Shown: positions 1 to 11,111 of the stretch, one piece after another
How positions within the stretch are numbered: position 1 is the first letter of the stretch
Layout: each line of letters begins with the position of its first letter
Source: Dimorphilus gyrociliatus
Taxonomy: Eukaryota > Animalia > Annelida
Direction: 5' to 3'
DNA length: 64,000 nt
NCBI GenBank assembly: GCA_904063045.1
Contig: CAJFCJ010000001.1
Location: 1,302,001 to 1,366,000, forward strand
Translations under genes and position numbers: made by a program
The notes under the pieces: model-generated
What the model was told of the DNA's origin: nothing
Seen by the model: only the letters and a program-made list of their open reading frames with translations
Databases searched by the model: none

Positions 1-186
1 ATCAAAGTTGACGGTCTCTTGTGGGGAGCCTCCAAATTGGTACCTGTTGGTTATGGTATCAGCAAGCTCCAAATTTCCTGCGTTATCGAAGACGATAAAG
101 TCAGCGTCGACGACCTTACAGATAAAATCACAGAAAACGAAGATTACGTTCAAAGCGTCGATATTGCTGCTTTCAACAAAGTTTAA
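1..186 (+). CDS. EEF1B: Elongation factor 1-beta/delta, C-terminal GEF domain (3' end; gene starts upstream of the window)
   Basis: Frame 1 reads [39 protein letters not shown]...[14 protein letters not shown], the diagnostic EF1B C-terminus. The track ORF 8..244 is a shadow frame. Beta versus delta paralog is not resolvable here. Confidence 0.95.
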   Translation: MKVDGLLWGASKLVPVGYGISKLQISCVIEDDKVSVDDLTDKITENEDYVQSVDIAAFNKV

Positions 187-240
187 AATTTCAAAAGTTG
201 AATACAGATTCACATTTTGCAGTGAACTAAAGCCATTTTT

Positions 241-1558
241 CTAAAAGTAGTCTCTTGTAGATTTTCGTCTTTTAAATACTTCGGGCGTTAGATGACGCTT
301 CCTTTCTTCTATTCTAATTCGAGTTCGATTGTTATTCTTAGTCAACAAATCACCTTTCTTTTTCGCTGTATAACACGAGAGAACACTTCCAAGAAGAATT
401 AATACGAAATTCACTGTCATAATGACAGTTATTTCATTTAAGTTTTTAGAGCTAACTATCCCTTTATAATTATCCTTTTTGTAGCACATTTTTCTTTCCG
501 TGTCCTCGAGTCCGCAATCACGAATATTAGAAATTGGCTCAGGTGAAGAGCAATTTCGAAATCGTTCTTGAAACTGTATTTTATTTAAGTTTGGATTTAA
601 TTGCAAACAGTTTCCCCACTGTCCCCATTCAGACCATTCACCAAATAGTGGACGCCAGCAAACGGTTGCGTGCTTCTCGGAACAACTCTTAAGGTTAAAC
701 TCTATATCATGATCAAGTGTTTTTAGATTTGCAGTCACGCATTTTTCAACATTTGACGAGAGGAGGCCAATCTCCCTGATGATTTCTGATTTTGTTGAAA
801 ATATTTCTGTATCCCATTTAAAGTGATAATCTTTAGACGTTAAACTAGTCCAAATCATAACCTCTCTGCTTAACAATGTAAATAATCTTGTATGGAAGAA
901 ATTCCTAATTTGTGGAAGATCAAATTTAACTACGTGCATTTCCCTGATATGACAGAATTTTCTAGCTTGCGAGTAGTTTAAACTTTCTTTATTATACAAA
1001 GTGAAACAATACCCAGATGACTCGTCAAAGAGAAAAATCTCATTTTGACTATTTCTATTAAGATTACACTCTGGAGAAGATTTAACGAAATATTCGTATT
1101 GTTCAGAATTGATGTGAGTATTAGATTCTTGGCAAAAACGTCTATTTAGCCAACACTTTCTATTAAGCTTATCAAAAATGATACCAACACAAGAAGGATC
1201 AGTCAAACATTGTTTAAAGCAGATAGTTGAGGTATCAACATACGATAATACAGTATTATATTCATTTCTCTTATCGTCAACTTTCCTATAAAAATATAAT
1301 AATTGTATGTTTTATTAGTATTTTTCTCAATTAAAGAGCATAAGCAGACGTAAAGAAAGTATTAACAAACCTATAAAATGACGTTGAACCAAAGCACAAC
1401 TGTTTTAAATTAGTAATTGGTCTCATTTCAAATCGAAAGTTTTGATTTTCTTGATAGAAAATCGCCAATTTTCTCTTATTACTAAAACTATTAACCGTAT
1501 CAGATTTATTTTTATTAATAAAGGCACAATAAACAAAAAATAAACGAATAAAGAGCAT
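241..1558 (-). CDS. Type I membrane protein: signal peptide, PAN/Apple-like, C-type lectin-like, TSP1, TM, basic tail (exons 1558-1371, 1285-241)
   Basis: Intron 1370-1286 (GTTTGT...TTTTATAG) joins the two ORFs in frame (SFYR|KVDDKR). Motifs: CFKQCLTDPSCVGIIFDKLNRKCWL (PAN), CFTLY..YSQARKFC..WTSL..KC..SC....VC (CTLD), WSEWGQWGNC..QERFRNCSSPEP..C (TSP1), hydrophobic ITVIMTVNFVLILLGSVLSCY. Confidence 0.75.
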
Positions 1559-1765
1559 TATTAAAAGAGGAAAGAGGAGAAGGAAGAAAAAATAAAGAGT
1601 TAATAATGATTATTCCGCTGTGTTTAAAATTAGTTGCCAAATTATTTCTTCCTTTGTTCATACAAACTTAGAAATTTAATATATTGATATACAAGATTAT
1701 TGCAATCCTTGTTAAAACAGTTACAATATTCTCTCTTATGTTATCTCTACCCTTTTTCTCTTTAA

Positions 1766-2777
1766 CTAAGAAAGAGACTTTGCATCGTAGTATATGTTGT
1801 CATTGTTTTGAATCCTGAAAAATATGGAATAAAAATTTAAAATTTTTGTTCAAAATATATAATTCTATTTATAGAAGAGAGAGATATACTGACGTAATAT
1901 CATCGTATATTGGTTCTTTTAGGCAGCCCTATTAGAATAGCATTATAAACAAATATTTTATTAGCTACCTCGGTAAGAGAACAAACTTACGGGAAACTCA
2001 TAATTGTCAGGCATTTTCGTTGGCCATGGAGGCTGTTTCGATAAATTCAAAGGAGGTAGAGGAGCTCTGATATATCTTGCTTCATCTTTAGATTCTATCT
2101 CAGGATATTTAGTACGAAGTTGTGCTTCGGGAGAAGGTCTTGGAGTATATTTAGGTTTTTCCAAGTTAGTATCCTTCTCCATATCTTCCGGAGGATCATT
2201 CTCCAATGAACGAAGAATGACTCTCTTAAATTGTTTGTTTAACGTATTCTGTCCCATATGCTTTATACCTGCAAAAGAGAGGATAAATGTAAACAGCTTT
2301 TTGAATAATAAATAAAAAATATGTGAAATACCTGGTAATATAGTTGTTGTCGGTGCATTATCTTGTTTTCTCTCTCCTACTTCAACTATTGGTTTTTTAT
2401 TGATAGGTGCCTTTTTTGGCATTGTCTTGATTGGTGATGGCTGTTCTTGTTTAAACTTTGCCAAAGTTTCTTGAAAATTCTATAAAAATAAAACAGGAAG
2501 TTAATTTCCCATTGAATTTAACACTTAGCCTACAAAATGTTTCAATAAAATAAAAAGGCTACTGAGCTGTCTACAAGAACTTTATATTAAAAATGCACAA
2601 ATGTATATTTATTTAAGCGATTTCTTCTATACATTAACATCAATTTATGTAGAGGCTTAGTTAAACTTTTGATGTAGTCTAGGTCCATGACTAACTTAGC
2701 TATAGCTAACGAATGTCACATAGAACGTAAACGTATAGAGAACATGCTATTAGAAATATTAATCTTACCTGTGCCAT
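1766..2777 (-). CDS. Hypothetical proline/tyrosine-rich protein, about 170 aa, 5 exons
   Basis: MAQ|gtaaga then NFQETLAKFKQEQP..TILP|GIKHMG..NYEFP|gtaagt, GCLKEPIYDDI(T)|gtcagt, IQNNDNIYYDAKSLS*. All junctions are GT-AG and phase-compatible. No family recognised. Confidence 0.6.
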
Positions 2778-3263
2778 GTTTAGATTCTTATTAAATTAGT
2801 AGGGTATCTCTAAAAGAGTTCGACTGTGTCTGTTTTTGAATCGTGTAGCAGAATCATTCGATTTATTCCAACCTTCGAGTATATTTATTTGAATAAAACT
2901 TCCGGATAGTCATGTGGTATATCATGTGATCGAAAGGAAAGCGTTGACTATTTAACTTAGCTTTTAAAATACTTATTGAGAGCGAAACAAAATAATTTTG
3001 TTCTCTTTTTTTATCAAAATGTAATTTAAATATCTGGCAATATTAAGAAAAGCTATCAATGTTCTATAGCCAAGAAAAGAATCGAATTTGTATCTTTAAC
3101 AAGCTGAGAAGTTTTTACAGAAGCTTTTCTTTAACAACATATTTTATGTATCTTTGAAAACCAAATATAAAATCATCACTTTTTTTACTACCTAAAAAAA
3201 ATTACATTTATTACAATATAGACGAAAACAATGAAAATAAAGTAAATGAGGTCCCCGATTTCA

Positions 3264-3942
3264 TTATGAATTCATAGTAGATTGGGTTTGCATTTTTTGT
3301 TGCATGATCTTTCCATAACCTAAAAATAACAGCGATAATTGAAACAGCGTATTTTTTTGTGAAACTTAAGTATTTACCTCCTCTTCCGCTATCATAATCT
3401 GTACGATATTCGTCTCGAACTTGGCCACCCGATTTTCCCCTTCCATATTGTCTTCCTTCCTTGAAACCTGCATCCCAATCAGTTCTCACAACTCTTTCAT
3501 CCAATCGTGTGCCGTTAACATATCGCATAGCATTTTCAGAATCCTCTCTTGTATAATACTCAACAAAACAAAATCCACAAGGGGTTCGTCTAACCTTATC
3601 CAGGCCCATGATAATTCGTTTTACATCTCCACAACGAGAAAATAGTTCATGAATTTGTTCTTCAGTTGTGTAGAAGGAGAGGTTTCCAACATATAATGTA
3701 GTCGTTTGATTTAATAATCGATCCTGATCTTGGCGAGATCCCTGATTGAGCGATAATATGCGTGTTAAATAAATATATCGCTATTTAAGTTTAAATACTG
3801 ATTTAAATGAACATTATTAAGTAAATTATGAGTTGAATAACGAATAAAATTAAATTCTTACTTTAAAATGTTGGTCGCGATATTGTGAAACAGAGGATAC
3901 TTGATTATTGTTCAATCGCCTTCGTTTGGGAGCGGACGACAT
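3264..3942 (-). CDS. NCBP2: Nuclear cap-binding protein subunit 2 (CBP20), 3 exons
   Basis: SQYRDQHFK|[79 protein letters not shown] matches the CBP20 RRM. Confidence 0.97.
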
Positions 3943-4441
3943 TTTGAAATAAATACGAAAATTCTTTGTGTCTGTCCAACATGAAATAATGGTAGAATAG
4001 TAAAAGATTACTTTATAACTATTTTACTTGATTAAAGGAAGTAACGTATCTTTTTCTATTTGGAAAAATAAAAGCCTATTTTAACCTACTAAAATCTAAA
4101 ATATTTTATTACAACATTATATGTTAATTACAAAAGTTGTCATTCTTATTAAACTAAAAACTGCATATCTTTTCAAATTGTTCTTTTTTTTATCTATATT
4201 ACGAACGTTACAATTAGAATTCAACAATGTGCAAAGTTAAAATACTTGATATTCATCTTAAATATAGTTAAAACAAACGATAAGATAAATTAAAATATAA
4301 TTAAAGACTTTAGAAAAGAATGGTTATTTTAATTTATTTAGTGATTTTTTACATTTTGTTTTTTGTGTTTTTTTAAAGCTTGATTTTTTTATGCGATAGG
4401 TTTAAGTCGTGAATTAAGGAGTACACAAAAAAGTATTTAGT

Positions 4442-7400
4442 TTATTGTACACGGCAGTCGGCATTTCCATCTCTGTCAACAGCAATTTGTAGCGTACGAG
4501 CCACTGCTTTGCACAAATACGACATAGTTCCGTATCTTCCACTAGGCGCCGAATCATAAAAATGTTGGCAAATTCCCGCTACACCTCCACATTTCAACGG
4601 GTTTTGGCTGAATTTTGCGCAACATAGCAACACATCGCCTTCCATATGCTGCTGTTCATCTATAAAAATTGAATTAGCTCTCATAACGATATTAGTTATA
4701 TTTATTATCTGATCCCAACGACTGTTCACAGCGCCGTACTCTGCCACGAGAGATAAAACTGTAAGAGTTTCAACAGCCAACTGTCTAAGCTCGGGTTGAG
4801 TTACTCTGTTCAATGCTGCTTCAACTTGGAGCGCGAATTTCAATTCTCCTCTTGTCATTTCTTTTGTAAGGGATCTTTGTAGACTTGTTTCTTCAATTTG
4901 CAATCCATTACACTAGTTGGAACAATAGTAATAAAAGTCACAAGAATTAAATCAATTTAATAAAAGTACTTTTTCCAAAACCAGCCAAACGTCTGCATAA
5001 AATCCAACTGGTACACGATTTAACGAACCATCTAGTCTCCTTCTCCTTAGCCACTGGCCTTGTCTATCTGAGTCGCTAAGATCAGCTCCAGGCCCTACCG
5101 ACTCTTGCAGTTCCTGTATTTGACAATAAAAAACATTTAAATTAATCTAATTACTACTAGGGCGAAGAGAAGAAAGAGGTTTCTATTTAGTCTAAATCAA
5201 AAATACGTTATATGCATACATATTATTATGTCAATAATTAATTACATAAAAATATCAATGAATAGATATATATATATATATATACATATATACATATACA
5301 TATATACTGTATATATCTACATATACAAATACCGTTTGTTCTTCAATAAGATACTGTATACATATGCATTTACATGTATATAAATATATATATATACATA
5401 TATAATAAACGAAAAGCGTACTGAAAGATTGTGAATGACGTGCCGGTGCTCAAGAAGTATATTTTGACGAAAATCTAGAAAGCAAAGAAAATAAAACAAA
5501 TGCACATAAAGTAGCTATGTGAGATTGAAAAGTGCATAAGAGAAAGAGTATGAGACAAGCTAAGGCATTAAAGCATCCCAAGACTTACCGCTACCATTGA
5601 CGATCGTCTACTGCGAACTTTAGTCGTTGTACGACTACCTTCTCTTATCATATCACCCGCCGATATAAAGACGTTTTCAGCAGCTTAAAGCGCATATTAA
5701 AATCGGATATCAACCAACAATTTTAAGAATTAATCTCTACCAATTAATTATTTTAGGCTAAGCTATTTGAATTATTATAAAATAGTATAGGCCTCATTAC
5801 AAGTACCCTGACCTGCTTGTTATTACAAGATATTTTGCAACGAGGGTATAAGTATTCTGGTCTATACGTTTAATACATGTTAATAGCAATAGAAGTAAAT
5901 AAAGAATCATTAACAGTGCGGAATTAGTTGAAATAATTTTTACACCTTATATAAACTTGTCTTTCTTGTCCTTATAGTGCTGTGTTTTGATCTAGGTTCG
6001 GCTGGAACGATTCTTAAACTCGATCCCGCGCTAGAACCTGACGTAGTTTATATGAAAGAAATGATTGAAAAGATTTAACTGTTTCTTCTAATATTTTCCG
6101 TTTTTTTAATAATATTTTTTTTCTAAAAAATAATCTTTGAAATTTGAATCTTTTGTCAAATTAAATATCAAATAAAGAAACGCTTTGTTAAAAATTCTAA
6201 TAGAATTAACCAGAGATGTGTGTTTTTTCTTTCCTCTTTGTTAAATGAATAAATAGAAAGTCAGGATTCTCTCATTATCGTTACTTAATAAACATTGCAG
6301 AACCCGAATTAAAATGGACAAGTCCAAAAATAGCTTACCGGACGTTATGCCAAATTCTTTGCCGCTAAGTATATGATGAAGTAATGTTTTCATTTCGTAA
6401 GGACTTAAATTCAATAGCTGGTCAGATGCGTCGTCTCCTATATATTTTTCGTATAATAAATTATATAAATTATTCATTGACAATTATGTACAAAATACCA
6501 AATTACCCGAACACTTTAATGTCCTAGCTAATTCGGATGCCATCACTTGAATAATTAAACCAATTCTTAACCTCAACATTTCATGAAATAATTTCGGTTC
6601 TGTTCTAATAAACATGGCTAGATAAACCAAAAGTTCCTGCGTTAACATGGCAATGGACAAATCTCGACCACAAGCCTCATGTATCATATCGGCCAATTCG
6701 TCAGGAGGCAGAGGGCGAGTTATAATTTTTTCCCTCGGTTCGGGAGGTAGACCAACAGCTAATTGTTTTTGTCTGACAAGAATATCAGTAGCTGATAAGG
6801 CTAAATTTTCCACTTTCTTCCTAAGCATACCAGCTGTGTGTCTAACTAGCCACCACTGCTTTAAATCTCCGGCTCGGTCATATAATTCCGCTAATAGATC
6901 TCTAACTTTACAACTTCTATTAGGACCTTCTAAATTCGTTTCCCAATTTACTCCCTTATGGAGATACAAGTAGTAAATAATATCAGCTTGCTCATGTAAA
7001 CTTTCGCTATCTCTCAATTGATCCACCAAATCTATACAATCAATACCTTCATATAAGCTTTCGTTGTGATGAGTTATAGCGGTTGTTCCAGCAAGAACAG
7101 CTTTTAAATGAGATTTAGGTTGAAATAGATCTCGTTCGGGTGGCGTAAATGTAAGAGGACTACAAGGTGGTGTCGGGGATACATTTTCTGACGATGGAGT
7201 CTCTGCAACAAAAATTAAATGAGCTATATGTTGAAAACATCTTAATAAGTCGAAATTATTCAAATTCTCTCATTAGTTTCACAGTGAAATTTATTGAAGT
7301 GCTCAAAGAGTTGAAGAAAAATTACGAAAAGGTGAATATAAATTGAAGTGATTATTATAAAAGTATGTATAAGATATAAACTAATACTAAATGAAATAGA

Positions 7401-10400
7401 TTATATCTCTGCATGCTTAAGCAATCACCTCCAAAATCCTGTGCACCTGTCGGAAGCAGGTGTGATAAGTCTGAAAAATAATAGTTTAAAAGAAATAATA
7501 AAAAAGTCTAAAAAAGAATTAATTTCCTTCGTAGAGTCTATTGTTGTATTGAAGAAGAAAATTATGTAACTTAAGTGATAATTGAAAGTGAGAACAACGT
7601 AATTATAAGAGGTAAGGGATAGGAAATAAATAGAAAAAGGCAATTCTAATTTCAATTATTGATTGGCTTATGAAAGTGATATAGGAAAAAAATTTGACTC
7701 TATTTACCTCCAACGTCTTCGGGAGCAATCTGGATTGAGAGACTCTTCTTTAGGAAACCGGAAACTGTACTCTTTCTTCTAGCTCTTGGCTTTTTGACTT
7801 GGGAACACTTTCGAGAAATTGAATCGAGTATGCGATACGTTGATTTGGCACTGCTAACTTGAAATGCTCCAATATATTCCAATAAATTATCAACTTTAAA
7901 GGAAAATATCGAAAAATAGATGTTAGAAAAATAACATAATTGATAAAATTCATAATATATAAATCGTACTATCTGGCGAATCGTCAGCTTCTGTTAAATA
8001 AGTTAAACAAGTTGCGCATGAGGTATTCATAAAATCTTGTATAAAACCAAGTTGAACTCTATAAACAAAGTATTACCATTAACTAAATAAAATAATAATA
8101 TAAATATATATTGAGTAAAATTCACCTTGTTCCATTTATATAACCTGTCTGCAGTTTTTTCATAGTAGCTATGAGGGCAGGATGTAGATTATTCTTGAAA
8201 TCTGTTGAAAAGTTTATACTTTTATATAAAAAACAATATACCGATCACACCAACCATACGCTATACGAAAACAAGGAACAATGAAAATAGGTCTCCCCAT
8301 ACCCATCCATGAGTTTTTCAAATATAAAAGATTATTTTTGAAACCATCTATTAGATATTCAATATCATGCACCATATAGAAGGTATCAGCATCAGAGAAC
8401 TGCAAAGCGTCAGAAACTCATTCAGAGGGAAAGGACAGGAGAAATATTTTATTTAAAATGGAACATAGAATGTATACCGAAGTTGATTAAAGAGGTTTGA
8501 TTGCATAAAAAAAGATGCAAATTAAGAGTTTCTTTTAGTATTAAGCCTAAATAACAATCCAAAGCTAAACGATCTCGAATAAACAAAACAAATATGCCAT
8601 CCATTAGGAAACTACTTAAGAAATGAAAGGATAGTCTAATATCTTATAACTTAATCATTTTCTATAAAGTTGATTAATGCCTATCCTTAATTTCCCAGTT
8701 TTTGATACAATATTACAGGTGAACATCAATCATAATTTACCCAATAATGACTGCTTGATTGGGAACACCATTAGAGGCCTCCCAATATTGTTCCAGTATC
8801 TTTGTAAGTGTTGAACGTCTGTTTTGAGCATATCCAGCAGTAGTTCCAGATCAAGAGGTAAGTAAAATTCTTGCTTATCTACAAACTTTTTTGAATTTTC
8901 GATCGATATATATATTTTGTAATCAACCTCGATATAGAAGAGAAAATCCTAGAAAAATCTTTTACCTGAGGCATAAACACTAGAGTCTTATCTCCCAAAG
9001 TATAGAGTTTACTAGTTGCTAAAATGCCTGCCATTTCAGTCGGTCTTCCAGTAAGACCCAATTTAGAATTCTTTCCTGTAAGTACATTTGTAAATTATAA
9101 ATCCTCTCTCGTGCTTGTATATTTACTTACCCAAATGAGAGAAAATATGGCTTAATACTTTTGCAGGATAAACTTGAACGGGTGAAGCTTCCGCTAATGT
9201 TTGAACCTTAATATCGTTTTCCGCCAGCTTTTCTTGAATCTTTTCATCTTCTGCCAGAATAACAACTACAAAGAAAACAAAAAAAAATTGATATTAAACT
9301 TTAAAGCTATGTAAATAAATATAAATAGATTACCTTGAACAACTAAATCAGGCTTTTGTTCTGTTACTAATCTCCTATTTAAAGGATCAATTTCACCAGG
9401 TGATAAAAATCCCTATTGGAAAAACATATATCAATATTATTAATTAAACTGCCAAAAAATAAGTGGTTTACCTCCATCAGTAACTTGCATAAAATATATA
9501 ATGATTGTCCCCAAGTTTGAGGAACTTTACCAATTGGCTCTCTGATTTGACTGCCTGGATTGTAGCATTCTTCCTCAACTTTATGTGCTGGCACTCGGTA
9601 CATTTCGGGCATTAATTTTATACCATCCTCTCCTTTGATCATTAAACTTTCCAGTATTGTCATATATTTTTCAATATCAGCCTTAGTATCGTTAAAAATT
9701 GCATCCAATACAAAGAATGCAATAAATAAAGGCCATTCGCATTCGATATTCTCAAACATACTTAATTCCCACGGTTCGTAGTGTAATCTGTTAGGATCTT
9801 CTCTGGCTGTCTTGTATCCATCTCTAATGAATCTACAACATCCATATTCGCCCTAATATCGATATGCAAAAGTGAAAATAAATCGTAAATTGAACCAAAA
9901 TAATAAACAACTAGTACCATTAATTTATCAACAATAGTATTTTTCGTTAATTGTATTAAATCTTGATCATCAACCGCGAAAGCAGGATAGCTAATTATTC
10001 CCATAAGTGCGGCGTCGACCTCTTTCGAATTAGATTCTCGAGGTAAAACTGATTGAAGAATAGCTTGACATTGCTGGGCTTCATCTGGTAAAACGTGTAT
10101 GACGGAATAGGGTCCACCTCTAGCTCCGAACAGGTCTAGTTCATTCATAGCTTCTAGAGCAGCCTTCGCCATACCTATGGAGGTTGTATTCAATTCTGGT
10201 AGACCGTGGTTTGTCTTATCTCCCCTTTCCCAAATACCATAATCCTAATAAAAAATATTTGTGTTCCTAAATACTATTTCATTAAATGGTATGAAGGGAA
10301 TATTTACAGGAGTTCTATAGGCCGATTGAATATAAAATACTAAATTTTGAATGAAGGAGACTTCATCCATCGTGTATATAATTTGTAAACCGGAAGCAGT

Positions 10401-10971
10401 CATTTGAGCCAAAATTAACAAGTAGAAGGAAGTGGCATCGATTTGAAGATGACCCCAACCATCGTCGCTCACAACTGTAGCCCCAGTTGTAACGCTATAT
10501 TTTGCATGGAGAGCATCTTTTGGAGATTGTCTGTTATATGTATTGTTCAATGTAGGTTTTAAATAGACTCATTAGTAATAGCCTTACGTATATTTAAATT
10601 TTTCAACTTTATTCATTTGTCTCATCATACATGTCAAGAGGCCTCTCATTAATTTTACAACGCTTTGCTCTAATTCATAAGCTTTAGCTCTATCCTCGTC
10701 CAAATCTGCGTTCTTCTTATAAGCTAACGCCAAACCCCAAACAGCTAGAATCGAATACACATTGTCTCTAACCCACGCATGATCGTGAAAAGAATGCTTT
10801 GGATCGGCTGTTGCTGGAAGCAGACCCGTCACCGGATTCTACGGGTAAAAATCTTACTTAATTCTAAAATATCAAACGTCGTCTGTTTTTTACCTGGTGT
10901 TTTAAAATGGTTTTGTAGACCATTCGTTGATAAAAATCAAGTCGTACTCCTGAATTACTGCGTGACCTCAT
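4442..10971 (-). CDS. PHKA: Phosphorylase b kinase regulatory subunit alpha, multi-exon
   Basis: Starts [15 protein letters not shown]. Contains [25 protein letters not shown] and [13 protein letters not shown]. Ends in the CaaX box CRVQ*, as in farnesylated PHKA1/2. Confidence 0.97.
8255..8399 (-). other. PHKA: PHKA variable exon B (145 nt, phase 0 to 1), homologous to exon A
   Basis: TTTGCAG|[48 protein letters not shown]+G|GTTGGT. Same length and phases as exon A. Confidence 0.85.
8741..8885 (-). other. PHKA: PHKA variable exon A (145 nt, phase 0 to 1)
   Basis: AAG|[48 protein letters not shown]+G|GTAAAT. Confidence 0.85.
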
Positions 10972-11101
10972 TTTGGAGGATTAATACAAGAGCTTGACTA
11001 TACCATTACATTTAGTACATATTTTTCGCAGTTATGACCTTGAGGTTTTTCACCTTAAAGCCAAAATATATAAAAGTGCAATAATATTAAGCTAAAGCTT
11101 A

Positions 11102-11111
11102 TGCGCATGCG
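11102..11111. promoter_or_regulatory. NRF1/Ewg-type motif upstream of PHKA
   Basis: TGCGCATGCG matches the YGCGCATGCG consensus, about 130 bp upstream of the PHKA ATG, in otherwise AT-rich DNA. Confidence 0.55.

Noticed and set aside
2004-2315. Opposite-strand or alternative-frame ORFs such as 8..244, 2004..2315, 6647..6973, 18894..19187, 31979..32233 and 63105..63413
   Set aside because: They are shadows of well-supported genes and show no family motifs.
5687-5960. Apparent phase conflict in PHKA suggesting a missing microexon or frameshift
   Set aside because: A phase-1 donor ACA A|GTTTAT resolves it, and similar GTTT donors are common in this window.
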